64,000 nt of DNA from Adineta vaga (lineage: Eukaryota > Animalia > Rotifera). The translations under genes and the position numbers were made by a program. The stretch lies in contig CP075492.1 of NCBI GenBank assembly GCA_021613535.1, positions 1,426,001 to 1,490,000 on the forward strand, read 5' to 3'. Below are positions 28,338-40,865 of the stretch, piece by piece; the stretch's first letter is position 1, and every line of letters begins with the position of its first letter. The notes beneath the pieces are model-generated. The model saw nothing but the letters and a program-made list of their open reading frames with translations, did not search any database and was not told the DNA's origin.

Positions 28338-29201
28338 TTAACATTTGAAAATTTTAATAGTAAATTGTTTCAATATGGTCCGTACTGGTTGATTAGTAAA
28401 TATTAACAATAACATATCACAAAGTAGAGCTAACGGTGGTAAAATCTGAGAGCATTGGTTCAGAATAGTCGGAACAATCGAACTTTTGTTGAATAATTGT
28501 ATGATAAAAGACGGACTCCATCCAATTATAAACGAAAAAAAAGTACCAACTGTTAGTTTGACTAAGAATACATCACGTTTATGCGATATTTGACCACCTG
28601 TATTTGTAGCATGTATACGACGTGTAGAATTACGTACAAATAAAAGAGTACGACCATTACATACAGTAACGATAATGATAGGCAATAATAAAGTGGTAAT
28701 TAAAGTATAATATGGTAAAAATATTGGTTGTGTTGAAGTAAAACATAAAAAACTATCTAAAAATAAGTATGGAAAAGCGACAAGAAAAGCAACAAGCCAT
28801 CCAAGAATGATACAAAACCATAGACATTGATTTGAACGAAAGATAGGTTTATTTGCATAAACAATGGCAAGTAATCTACTAATAGCAAATCCACAATGTG
28901 CATACATCAATTGACATGCAGACATATCGATTAAAAATGTTTGAATATAACAAGAGAATCCATGGAATTCAATAAGTAGTTGCTTAACACCCATCACTAA
29001 GAGAATAATACTGAACCATGCACTTGTCAGACAAACATTTATTGTGAACCAATTTAATTTATTGTTACGAAGTGTTGGCCGGATTAGTATAAGAATTGTA
29101 TGAGCAATAGCAAGAATAATTACCAAGGAATATGTTGATAACTGAACAATAATAGGTAAAGTAGAACTTGGAGAAAGATCACTATTAGATGATCCGTTCA
29201 T
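28338..29201 (-). CDS. Orphan rhodopsin-like GPCR
   Basis: Intronless, seven hydrophobic segments, N-terminal NGS sequon, GWSP in TM6, NQPVR after TM7. Confidence 0.8.
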   Translation of the reverse strand: MNGSSNSDLSPSSTLPIIVQLSTYSLVIILAIAHTILILIRPTLRNNKLNWFTINVCLTSAWFSIILLVMGVKQLLIEFHGFSCYIQTFLIDMSACQLMYAHCGFAISRLLAIVYANKPIFRSNQCLWFCIILGWLVAFLVAFPYLFLDSFLCFTSTQPIFLPYYTLITTLLLPIIIVTVCNGRTLLFVRNSTRRIHATNTGGQISHKRDVFLVKLTVGTFFSFIIGWSPSFIIQLFNKSSIVPTILNQCSQILPPLALLCDMLLLIFTNQPVRTILKQFTIKIFKC

Positions 29202-29869
29202 GTTAGAATGCAATGTATCGTTAGTATTACAAACAAAAATGAAAATTTAATGAGTATGGCAAAGAACATATTATAATGATCATGATGAGTCTATTCAGCA
29301 TTACTTCCATTCGTCATGATCTCATTAGAAGGGAAAAAAAAGATATTTGTCATCTATTCTATGAAAGGATGAATTAGTTGTTTATTCAACTAGAATTTTA
29401 ATGAATATATCAAATTAGAAAAGATAATCGAATATCAACAACGAAATAGATTTTTCAGTAACCAAGACAACATTATAACAAAATAGAAAATAGAAAAAAC
29501 AAAAAGATCTATAAGTAATATTGTTGATGAGAATTCTTTGTTAGAATAACTCGATTTTACACTTTTTCATAGATACGTCAATTAAAATATTCAAAACAAC
29601 ATGAGTTACTTTTTCTTGATCTATAGTTAAGATAGTGATGCAAAGTGTGACATTTTAGTATAGTGGAACAAATAAGAACTCGAAGCTTTGATTCTTTGAT
29701 GTATTCTCTTGAATTTTAATGGAAAAATGAAATTTCGAGATATGACAAACAGCAACATAGAAGATAATGGAGTAACATACTGATTGAAATGAATTTATGT
29801 AAATTATTTCAAATAAATCATTTTTTTTTCAATATTTCTTTATTTAAAAATAAAAAACTATATATTCCT

Positions 29870-30290
29870 TTAAATTTCGTTTGAATTCAAAGTATTATTA
29901 TTGAATAATTCTATTTTAAATAAAATTTGTGAGTTCTGGTATTGCAAATATATATAAATAAATATTTGTAAAGGGCATACAAAATAAAGAGTATTTTGAA
30001 TATTAACCATCTTAGGATTTTTACGATATAGATTTGGTATTAAACATTTTCGTATCAGTGAAATAAATGTTGTTGGACCCCAACCAAATATATCAAGTAA
30101 TTGTAAAGTTATTTTTTTCTGTTTTTTCCACGTATATAACTGACGTTGATACACTTTTCGTCTTGAATAAAGCACTCGACATAATAATACTAAATTTGAT
30201 ATGCAAGAATAATTCCATCAAAACAAGGTAAAATACATGTTATATCTTCTTCTGTAAATATATAGTTATACAAGGAAAAAGAAAAGATGA
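29870..30290 (-). pseudogene. GPCR remnant (TM5-TM7 part)
   Basis: Broken frames give CILPCFDG..RRKVYQRQLYTWKKQKKITLQLL..GWGPTTFISLIR, resembling the ICL3/TM6 region of a GPCR. Confidence 0.5.
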
Positions 30291-30696
30291 ATAATTTATA
30301 GAAAAAGGTAAATCTAATGTTATGTAAAGAAATGATATGATAATTAGAAGAAAATAGATTATTTATTATATATTCTCCTGCGATTTCGTACTGAAAAAAA
30401 AAGACTGAATTCATGGAGTATACAATTACCTACATAATGCTGAAAACTGCATCTCTCTAGTTACTACCGTTCCTGATTTATGACAAGAATATTCACGGTC
30501 ATCTTCTTTTTCGAGCAGACAGTAGTTTTTATTTCTGATTATTCATTTGTGCTCGTTTTGTACAAGAAATAGAAGAATTTCTTTTCAATATGATATAATC
30601 GTATTAAACAATAAATTCCATAAAATGATCAGTTACATATAAAACTAAACTTTCACACCCATATTAGAGATCCTTTTTATTTTGATCTCCTGTTTT

Positions 30697-31517
30697 CTAA
30701 GCTCCTTGTAAAGGTGGCACTGGCGTTCCATTTTTTTCAGCAAGTAAAGTTGTTGTTGGTCCAGCTGAAGTTTTGATCGAACCATCTGGATTCAATTTTG
30801 GATTATTAGCAGCTGATGAAATATAAATATTCCATAAAGCTCCAGCTAAACTTCCAACAATTGGTCGGTAATCTAATGGTATAAATCGAAAATTAATAAA
30901 TGAAACAAATGGCCAATAACAAGTGCCAACTGCGAATGTTTTTGGCATATCATGTTTTATTTTTCTTCTCGCAACATGAAAAGAATGACCTTGTAAAAGA
31001 ATAATTGATGTAAAGACGAGACTTATATTAAGAGGTGCAAGTAATGTATTGGTTAATATTTTCTTGGCTATTTGAATTCCTTGTTTACCTATTCAAAATA
31101 AAATTAATTAGGAAAAATCTTCATTAGTAAAATAAACCTGGAAATATTCGTTCAACTAATCGTGCAAGTGTAAAAGACCAAGGTGTTGATACGAAAACAG
31201 CTGTTGTACACATAATTCGAGATCGTTCACGATCCCACCATGACAATACAGAAGATGTTGATGATGATAAAATTCGTTTACCATCTGCATCTTTCTTATG
31301 ACTTTCTAAGTATTGACATATAAGATCACCAGTTGTTACACTTGTACCAATGGCGACTGTTGTAATAAGATAAGATTTGATTAAACTACGCCATCCTGTT
31401 CACAAAACAAAAGTTAATTTAAACTACTATGAAATAATCATAGATATTATTATCTGTAAATATACCTTGTAAAGTGTGCGGTGCAATTTTTGTAATATTA
31501 GTACCAAAGAAAGTCAT
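30697..31517 (-). CDS. Mpv17/PMP22 family membrane protein, 3 exons
   Basis: Spliced translation has GDLICQYLE, WDRERSRIM, KKILTNTLLAP and YWPFVSFINFRFIPLDYRPIVGSLAGALWNIYIS. Confidence 0.9.
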
Positions 31518-31801
31518 AATAAAAACTACTACTCGAATAATATATCAGAAGAAACTGAAATATGTGAGAGAGAAAGAAAAAACATCATCATTCAATCGAG
31601 TCGACGAGTAAAAAGACGCACGTGTTATTAACAACGCGACAATATATATATTTTTTCTTTTCTGCTCTCTACAAAGCATCATCGTCTATAGTACGACTAA
31701 CCATATTGTTATGATTCATCGTTTTGCGTCGTGTTTTAAATGAATTTGATGAAATATAATTTGAAATAATTCAATGATACTAAAAAAACACGTGCTAAAG
31801 T

Positions 31802-31865
31802 TATCTTGAGAGTGTAGGTATGAATACCATATTTATACATCAATCCTATACTCTCATCCTTCAAT
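31802..31865. repeat. Degenerate copy of the inverted-repeat element
   Basis: TATCTTGAGAGTGTAGG..CCTATACTCTCATCCTTCAA. Confidence 0.5.
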
Positions 31866-32756
31866 TTTTTCATTAAATCAATGGATTTATAGCCGAGATC
31901 AATATATTATCTAAACTTCTCAAACATAAAAAACTTCGAGATCAACAAGAAAAACTGGATAAAATAAAAATGAGTATGAATGAGATTCTAACGATCGATC
32001 GATAACAATTTATATTGATTGAAACACAACGAATAGAACTTAATGTTCGATAATGAATATACATTCTAATAGATATATAGTAAGAAATAAAACAAAATAA
32101 ACAAGACAATTATAGCATATGATTGAGTCAGAAGTCGAATACACAAGTATATCTTTCTTAAGAATAACATATTTACGTATATAGTTTTCATATTATTTTT
32201 ATGTAATTCGTTTATATGAAAAACAATTAAAGATTGAAACCATAAACGATGTTGTTCTCCTCTAAACAAATTCTTCGTAGAACTTTTTTTTTGAAATAGA
32301 CGAGATATATAATAATTATCAAAACTTATATGACATACATTTGAGAGATGTAAGAAATCAGCTAATAGATGTAAATGTTTATAAAAAAAAAAGAATTGAA
32401 TTCAAACGTTAATTTAAACGAAAATATGTTCGAAATATAGTAAAGACATCATTAGAATATCATTAGCGACAATATGATTCAAAATAGAAGTGTTTCTATT
32501 TCTGTCTTGTACTTCATAGAAATCATGAAATCTTAATTTATCTATATGTCTTGAGTAGAATGATGTTGTAGTAATATTTTGAATACTTGAAAAATCATTA
32601 TTTTGGTGCATTCTAGATGATTTCAAATTCACTTCATATGACATTTCCAGGGAATATAAAAATGACAAAAACAGGATTTGTTCGTTGATTAGAAAACGTA
32701 ATTTTCTTTATATGTTGATTATTTTATTCATTTAACTTTATTTTATCTTATTGAAA

Positions 32757-33756
32757 ATGTTTGACTATGGACATGGAATCATTGGTTTTATTCTAACTTT
32801 AATAAGTTTAATTCATAGTTCATTTGCATCAATTATTTCATTGATTGTTATTTGTATTATTATTCATTATCAATATAATAATCGTTTAAAACGAGAAGAA
32901 AAAATAACTCTTTTACTTTCTCTTAATATTTATTTCTTTATATTTCTTTATATAACAGCATTAATTCCATTTAATATTCAAACAATAATTGGTGATATTT
33001 ATGGATATAATTTTAATTCATCATGGTGTATATTCAATGGATATTATGTTGTTGCAATGTGTTGTGCACTTTATCATGCGTTTGTTATTCAGGTAAATAT
33101 TAATTAGAGAGAAATATTTCAAATAAATATTATATAAGAATTTTTAGGCTTTATTTCGTCTTTATCGTATTGTTTATTCAAAATATCAATGTACTCAACT
33201 ATATTCATTCTATATAATTCTTATACCTATTCAATTAATAGGAGCTTTTCTTCTTTTATCACCTGTTCTTATTTGGCATAGTGTAATCTATTTATCTAAT
33301 GATCATTTTTGTTGTGTTTCATTCAAAATAACGCGTGGTGTTCTTTGGGCTATATTTGTTTGTTATGGTCTTCCTCTTATTTATTTATCTCTTATATATA
33401 TTCGTATTACATTATTTATTCGTCATCAATCAAATACTGTAACAGTGGTAATTAAACGAAGACAACAACAACATTTACTCGCCATTCGACGTATTCTTAT
33501 TAATGTTGGTCTATTAATGACAACAGGACTTCCAGCTATGGTTCTTTTAGTTATTCTTTTCGTTACTGGTGTAGAACATCCATTACTTTATCGTATTTTA
33601 TGGATTGGAGCTGAAGTATCTATAGGAATGTTAACTATAGAAATGATTTTCATGACACCACAATTAAAAAATATTGTTATAAAAAAATGGCGACCAAATC
33701 AGATAACTACTTTTCATGATTCTATTCGAGTAGAACACATAACAACTGCTCACTGA
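32757..33756 (+). CDS. Orphan rhodopsin-like GPCR; exons 32757-33092, 33148-33756
   Basis: The splice FVIQ|ALFRLYRIVY keeps one open frame through seven hydrophobic segments to the stop at 33756. Confidence 0.85.
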
Positions 33757-34918
33757 CTTTATAATCTTTTATTAACATAAGAATGAATATCTTATTTTAT
33801 TCTTTCATCAATAAATATCGATTCTCGTAATACTTATCAATTTCATTGAATATAGCGAACATTGAGTGTGAATAAAAGTATAAATTATGAGTCCTAGACA
33901 CTTCAACATTCCCTTTAGTACATTTATGACAACAATGATACTTAGAAGTAATAAGAAAAATGATGAATGAAAAATCGTGAAAGGTACTTGATTCCTGTGA
34001 AATCTGAATATTTCAGCGATTTTGAGCTCTGTGTACTAAAAGATACGAGGTAAATTAGTTATTCAATGTTCAACAATTATAACTTGAAATCAAAGAGATC
34101 TTTTGAGATGATACTTTTCTTCAACTCGCGCTGATCAAAAAATATTAGATGACGTTCTTTATTTTCTATTAAAGTTGATGACATTTTTAAATTTTGAATC
34201 AAATGAAATTATCTCCATTCTTTTCATCCTTTTATATAAATGCAAGGAGAATCAATCAGGATATGACACAGTATTGTATACTTTAGAAACGACCGATTCA
34301 GGAATTTGATGTGAGAAGAATGTCAGTGTCACATTTAGACGTTTCGTAATACAGTCAATCAAGTTTTAGAATTTCCCATACTATAAGACTGGTGACCGGA
34401 TAGAATGCTGTAACGATAGACTTTATAATCAGAAGGGTATGAGTATGAATATAAGTGAAGGGAATAATGGAGTCACATTTATTCAAGGACAAAACCGTAG
34501 AACATGTTTTGATGAATATAAAAATCGGTCAAAATTTCGTCAATACTGTTTTAGTTTATATTCTCACATTACACAATCCAAAGCATCAGAGTATCAATAT
34601 GGTCTTCTTATTTATCCTTTTAATCTCCTCTTCTATATTACTTTTCACTTTTTTGTCAATTGACTTTCTTTTATTTTTCGCTTCATTGTTCGATATTCGC
34701 TTCTTTATAGAAGACGAGTTTATTTCATTGATTATTGATCTAAATCACAGAAGTCGATGGGAAAAACGTTTGGTAGATTAAATTGATTCAAAGCTTAGCT
34801 GTTTTTCCTCTGTATTCTAACAAACTTCAATGTTTGATCTTTACGTCAAATGAAGATTTTCTATATTTATATATCGTTGTATATTTAGTTTTTTCTACGA
34901 AATCAAAGTGAAAAAATA

Positions 34919-35290
34919 ATGTTTAAATTAATTTTGTTCACAATGTTACTAATAAATGTGTATAGTCAATCACCATCGAACGTCGGAATACAAGGTGTGA
35001 ATATAACACATTTTGTCTCGGAGAGAAGAATTCCATTTCAAATGTATTTTCGTACATCTGGCGATGATTCATCGAAATTTTCTCCATACGGTTGTTACGA
35101 ATACTGTGAGTACAATCGATTTCGTCAAGACATTACACCGACTCCACAATGGAACGAGTACATGTTTCAATTAATATTGAAAGCAATGGAAAACAAATGG
35201 CTTCTTGATATTACATATTGTAAAAATGATCAAACAAAAGAGATCGAATATGGAATTGTATGCGGTATTGGAATTACATTGGATTCATAA
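34919..35290 (+). CDS. Small secreted protein, 123 aa, 4 Cys; predicted OB-fold (AB5 B-subunit-like pattern)
   Basis: Signal peptide MFKLILFTMLLINVYS, clean ATG-to-stop ORF. The fold call is pattern-based inference. Confidence 0.7.
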   Translation: MFKLILFTMLLINVYSQSPSNVGIQGVNITHFVSERRIPFQMYFRTSGDDSSKFSPYGCYEYCEYNRFRQDITPTPQWNEYMFQLILKAMENKWLLDITYCKNDQTKEIEYGIVCGIGITLDS

Positions 35291-36014
35291 AAAACAAAAT
35301 TTATCAAAACTTTGGTGCTGATGTTAAATATAATTATTTTTATGAAGCCTATATTGTTTTCAAATGATAAAAAGGTGGATTTTTTGACGAGTTTAATTTT
35401 AAATTATATAAATAAATATGACACCGAAAGATTTCCAATTTTCCTCAATGTCTATATATTTGAGTGTGAGAATCGGTGGTACTTGATATAAGCAGATAGA
35501 ATGTTCTCGAGTAGGAGATATATGCTTACGTTAGACTTCTTTGATATCAGCATCCGTACCCGATACTCACTTAAATTATATTAGACGACGAAAAGGTCGT
35601 AAACATTGCACGATTAAGTAATATTCTATCTGATAAACAGAAATTAAGATTGAGAAATATTTATTATGAAAACAAAAGTAACATTCTTCAAGTAGATATG
35701 ACACGTGGTATAGAATCGTTTGTTAGAAAAGAAGAGAATAGAAAAAAACTAACAGTCACGGTTAATGATTTTGTACGTAGTAAACATAAGACGATCGAGT
35801 ATATTCTTATTTAGATAAAATCAGTTTTATAATATAATATTTTTTCGATGGTTATTATATATAAAAGTTGATTTATGCATTGTAAAAATGTTTATTTCTT
35901 TTAATTTATCTAATCATATTTATAATAATTCTTTAAATATTTAATAATAATTATAGTTTTTCTTTTTTTGTTTTAGCATAAAAATATATTTATTATTGAC
36001 AATATTGTTGTTCA

Positions 36015-36878
36015 ATGGCTATTCCTAAACTTCTTAAAGATACAAATATAATTCATCGTTTTTCCGATGTATCTGAAGAACCATGTACTATGCTACCACC
36101 TATTGAAGGATTTAAAAATATTCCATTGGTTTCACTTAAAGAAGCAATAATACCACTTCTTTTACTTGTTGTTGATGTGAAAGAAAGAGCAGCAATTGCT
36201 TTAGTAGACGCAAAAGATCCTCCGGATAATCTCTCACTTGATGAATCTGCTTCAATTAAACTCTATACAATGGAATGTGACCCATATACATTTTCACTTT
36301 ATTATATTCTCAATTCAACATTACGTCATGAAGATCGAAGAGAATTAAGACCGTGGCTTCTTTATCTAAAATTACTTCTTACTGCACTTTCTCATCTTCC
36401 ATCAGTTCGTCTTAATGTTTATCGAGCTCTGAAATTAAATAAAGAAATAGAAAATGAAAAATATCAAGAAGGAAAAGATGTTATTTGGTGGGGATTTTCT
36501 TGTTGTACATCAAATAAAAATATTTGTCAAAAAGAACATTTTCTTAATTCAACTGGAACAAGAACTTTATTTATTATTGAATGTTTCAATGGAAAAGAAA
36601 TTGGACCACATTCATTTAATAAAAATGATCAAGAAATCTTACTTTTACCAGGTACTCAATTTAAAGTTATTCGATGTGATCATAATCAATATGATTTACA
36701 TAAAATTTATTTAAAACAAATTGAACCATCATCTATTCTACTTGAATCTCTCTCTTTATCATCATTAGATAAAATATCACAAGATTCTTCTCAATCAACC
36801 GAAAGACAATCAATGAAACGTGGATCAATTCAAAAATTTTTTCAACATTCTTTCGATCAAATGTTTCATAAAGACTAA
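36015..36878 (+). CDS. NAD+-dependent mono-ADP-ribosyltransferase-domain protein (R-S-E class)
   Basis: DESASIKLYT, SLYYILNSTLR, VYRA (R), WWGFSCCT (S), DQEILLLPGTQFKV (catalytic E). No signal peptide. Confidence 0.85.
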   Translation: MAIPKLLKDTNIIHRFSDVSEEPCTMLPPIEGFKNIPLVSLKEAIIPLLLLVVDVKERAAIALVDAKDPPDNLSLDESASIKLYTMECDPYTFSLYYILNSTLRHEDRRELRPWLLYLKLLLTALSHLPSVRLNVYRALKLNKEIENEKYQEGKDVIWWGFSCCTSNKNICQKEHFLNSTGTRTLFIIECFNGKEIGPHSFNKNDQEILLLPGTQFKVIRCDHNQYDLHKIYLKQIEPSSILLESLSLSSLDKISQDSSQSTERQSMKRGSIQKFFQHSFDQMFHKD

Positions 36879-37066
36879 TTTTTTTTTTCATATTTTCGTA
36901 TTTATTTGTTCTTCATATTCGAAAGAAAAGAGAAGAACGAAAAAAAAACACATTTTCTATTTTATTCACTAAATAAAATCGTTATAGTAACAGCTGTATA
37001 TATTCCTCTAACGATTGTCTTTATATTCATAGAATAATTAGAATGAAGAAGAAGAAAAAAAAGAAA

Positions 37067-37138
37067 TGCCTCCACGCAGGATCGAACTGCGGACCTCCAG
37101 TTTACTAGACTGGCGCTCTACCACTGAGCCATAAAGGC
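37067..37138 (-). tRNA. trnT: tRNA-Thr, anticodon AGT
   Basis: GCCTTTATGGCTCAGTGGTAGAGCGCCAGTCTAGTAAACTGGAGGTCCGCAGTTCGATCCTGCGTGGAGGCA folds as a cloverleaf with A and B boxes, and is followed by an oligo-T Pol III terminator. Confidence 0.95.
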
Positions 37139-37624
37139 ATATTGACCTCTTTTTAAAAAACGTATTATTTGATATTTATTTTAATTTCAATGTAAATCCT
37201 GTTTTAACAAAATGTAGAAAATTGCAGCTGGACACGAATATGAAGAGATACTTTATATTTTGTCTTAACTTTTTTTTTCGGATCGATTAGCGTAAATAAT
37301 CTCGCCTTTTTTATTAAAAAAAAATAAGTGAAGTGTATGATGATTAATATAAAAAACTCAGGTTTTTTATGCACTTTTAACAGTTTTTCTGTTTGTCGTA
37401 GGAGTAATGGCATGATTTTATATTTTTCTCGAATTAAGTGCATATGAAAGGATATTTCGGTCAATAAATTTAACCTTAGAAATACATTTTTTTTACTTTC
37501 TCTCTATAGAAACATGTAAATAATACAATCGCAAATTAAATCCTATAAAAGGAGAAAGAAATTATCTTCATTCAAAAAATACGAAGGAACAACATAAACC
37601 AACACATCGAAAAAAGACAACAAA

Positions 37625-37930
37625 ATGAAATCGAATCAATACGTTCTCATCTTTACATTGGTCATTGTAGTTGCTGCAGCTGCACCGCCTCTCCTAAAAA
37701 ATGATCCCAAACGTCCAGTTGCTAGTATAGCAAAGGATTTAAATATTCTACCAGAACAGTTCGTTTTGTGTTTCAATGATGTTACACCAGCACCTCAAGG
37801 CAGTTCACCAACTTCTGATCAAGTACATGCAAATAAGAAACATCTTTTAGCTTGTCTTCAACAATTCAATAAAGATATTACAAATGAAATATTAGATGCA
37901 GTCATGGACAAATACCGTCCAACTAGTTAA
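37625..37930 (+). CDS. Small secreted helical protein, 101 aa, 2 Cys, unknown function
   Basis: Signal peptide MKSNQYVLIFTLVIVVAAA, intronless ORF, TATAAAA about 80 bp upstream. Confidence 0.75.
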   Translation: MKSNQYVLIFTLVIVVAAAAPPLLKNDPKRPVASIAKDLNILPEQFVLCFNDVTPAPQGSSPTSDQVHANKKHLLACLQQFNKDITNEILDAVMDKYRPTS

Positions 37931-38630
37931 AAACAGTAGCTCGGCTTATTTTTATTTTACATTCATTGACACATATATTCAGTTCTGTTTATTTCATTTT
38001 TCTTACTAACAAGATTTATTTGATATAAAAGGTAAAGAAATATTCAAAAAAAAACAAACAGATGGAAAAATTTGATTTAAATTAGTTTTCATTGTGATGA
38101 AAATGTGATGTATATGAATGCTAAAAAGGAAGAGAAAATATTTTGTGTTTAGTTTAAAAAAGATTTTTGAAAAAGTAAATTTTCGTCAACGTGGTTTTTT
38201 TCTTCCTTTCAAAAGAAATGTTCTTATAATATATTGAAAATTTCCATTTATTTTCTTATGTATTTAAATTAATTGATCAATAGGTTCGAAGTTTATTTAT
38301 TTTTTTATTATTATCAGATTCTAAACTATAATGTTGCAAACATTTCCTATGTTTATCAGAAACTTCTCTTTCCCAAAACTCAAACATTTTCTCTATTAAA
38401 TTTGAAAAAAATTGAGGATGGATGTTTTTATATGAATAAGAAAGAAACAGCGTTTTCTTCTTCGCTCGCTCTTAGATATAGGATCTTTTCTTTATTTGTA
38501 ACGAATTAGTCGGTTTTTATTCACAATTAAGAAACGATGCGGAACATAGAAAAAGTGAATCACAATAAAAATAGTACAAGGGAAGAATCAAAAGAAGAGT
38601 CATGTCGCAAAGTATAAACGATACTTTGTT

Positions 38631-38894
38631 TTAGTCTATTCCCATGAACTTTTTACAAGTACCAGCTCGAATAAAATTAAATTTGCCTCCTTTTGTAGAA
38701 CAGCGTAGAGAACCACAACATTTTCTAAAAATAGAGCATCCTTGTCCTTCATTCGCACCTATAAATAAAGCAATCGCGCGTTAACAGATATGATAGAAAC
38801 TGAAAAAGAGTAGAAGATACTTACATGCCATCGTCGATGAGAACAGTGTAGTCATGACGATGAAAACAACAACAATAATAGAGAAGATTTTCAT
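38631..38894 (-). CDS. Secreted inhibitor-cystine-knot (knottin) peptide, 65 aa; exons 38894-38825, 38758-38631
   Basis: MKIFSIIVVVFIVMTTLFSSTMA|CANEGQGCSIFRKCCGSLRCSTKGGKFNFIRAGTCKKFMGID*; canonical GTAAGT..TAG intron; C-x6-C-x5-CC-x4-C-x14-C. Confidence 0.88.
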
Positions 38895-39231
38895 ACTGGC
38901 GTTATCTTTTACTTAAGTGTCTATGAGAAAGTGAATTAAAGTTGAGCATCTATGTATTCATTTATATATACTTTCTAGCTCATCTGGCTTATTGCATCGT
39001 TGTTTTGTGGGGATATCCCATGTGAAATCTCCCCTCTCTTTCTTTTTAACCACTTTTCAAAATAAATGACGTTGCTAAAACAGAACGAGAGAAAACCTAC
39101 TCTCACCTACGTTTCGATTTGTCATCCATGACACCGTTCGCATTTGCAAAGCAAAGAAAAAGCAATTTTTTTCGAATACGACTAATATCAGATTCATTTA
39201 GAAACTGGAAGTCTAATATAACAACGTGAAG

Positions 39232-39246
39232 ATCTTGAGGGTGTGA
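39232..39246. repeat. Solo end of the inverted-repeat element (ATCTTGAGGGTGTGA)
   Basis: Exact reverse complement of TCACACCCTCAAGAT at 7350-7364. Confidence 0.55.
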
Positions 39247-40865
39247 ATGAAAAAAGAAGACTCCGCCTTCCGTAACTCGATAAATAAGTACTCCTCCCTA
39301 TCCTCCTTACCTTTCGAACAAACTCCACATCAAACCATTATTTTTTGCAGAACTTACGTTTTTGCTTTACACTACTATGTATACCGGCTGCTATATGATT
39401 TTCGGAAATTTGTTCGTATCATTCTTGGACGCCCATGTGGATTATTCGCAGGTTCTTCTGCACCAATACTCGATCGTAGAGAATCCGATAACATCGTTGA
39501 GATTCCGAAAAATCTGTATGTATAGATTTCTGCAAGTCTTTACTTTTCATGTTACAGAATGGATATAACTTAGATTAACTCAATCTGATCGTTTTTCTCT
39601 GATTTTATAGAGAATTAGATTGGATCTTTTTCAAAAGAAAAGAGTGCGTAAAAATAACGCAGGTAATCGAAAAACACTGAACCTTTCACTATTTCTACTA
39701 GAAAAGGAACGATGTCTCAATCTTTGGAGCGTACGGTCCAAATCTTTCGTCTGTAATGAATCATTGTTATAAATACATCTATCTATTTTTGTGTCGATAT
39801 TTTGTTTTTTCTGTACTTCGTTTTCTTTGCTCTATACACTTGATATCATGTTATTGTTCGCTAGACATATTTAAATGTATGTGTTGTGTCTTTTTTCTAC
39901 TGGACATTCAGACAAAAACATTTTTCTTTCGCTCTCGACTCTTTTTAGTACTTTAAATTTGTTCAAAGTGGTCAAGTCGAATTGATTCCTGAACAACTGA
40001 ATGAATATTCAAAACATTTGATTATAAAGATATAGATGAATTCGTATCTCACCATTGTTGAATAATACATTAAATTATTTATCGATTCAGGTAACTTTGA
40101 CGTTCTGGTGAGTACCGACGGATCAAATTCATTTGTTCGTCGTTATTGTTATATTCAGACGATGAGTGGAGGTATCGAGTATGTTTGTGATATAGCATCC
40201 AATATACCAGCAGATATATCACTATCAGAAGAACCTCTCCATCAAGCATTTTATTGTATATTAACTGTTTCTCAAACTCGCTTTTTGATCAAGTCGCGCG
40301 TTGATATCTCAATGCTCGTTTGATTCGAAATGAATACGAAGAATTACGTGACTATATTTAGAGATGTTTCAAACATATAATTAAGTCATTAGATTTATTA
40401 GATTATAATTTAGCATAATTTCGAGCGAATAAAAACTTAATCAACGAAATTTCCACATATATTAAAAGACCTATTTGCAGTAGAATTAGATATCAAACAT
40501 TTTCTGGAAAATATTTACGACTAAGATGGATACGTCGTAATAAATGTACAATTCGTGTGCTTCTATCTTCACCATTGTGTTTCAGTAAAACTTCACTTGT
40601 TAATCCCTTTTTTTCTTTTGATATTTTTTTATAGGATTTAGATTTCTGTATTGATGAGACATATATAGTAAACGCAATATTCTTTCAATAAAAAAAAACT
40701 AAGTAACATCTGTTCTTTCTTTCTTCATTATATTTAATACAGAAAAAAACAATAATAAATTTTATCATAGAAACATATGTCTTTAGATCCTGCAAAAAAG
40801 AAAAACCTATTATTTTTATATTAGATTTAATATTTTAGAATTAATCTAAATGTATTTTAGTTCTA

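Noticed and set aside
39247-40600. Coding-like fragments (TMSGGIEYVCDIAS.., LIRNEYEELRDY)
   Set aside because: Possibly a decayed gene, but many stops and no family I can name.
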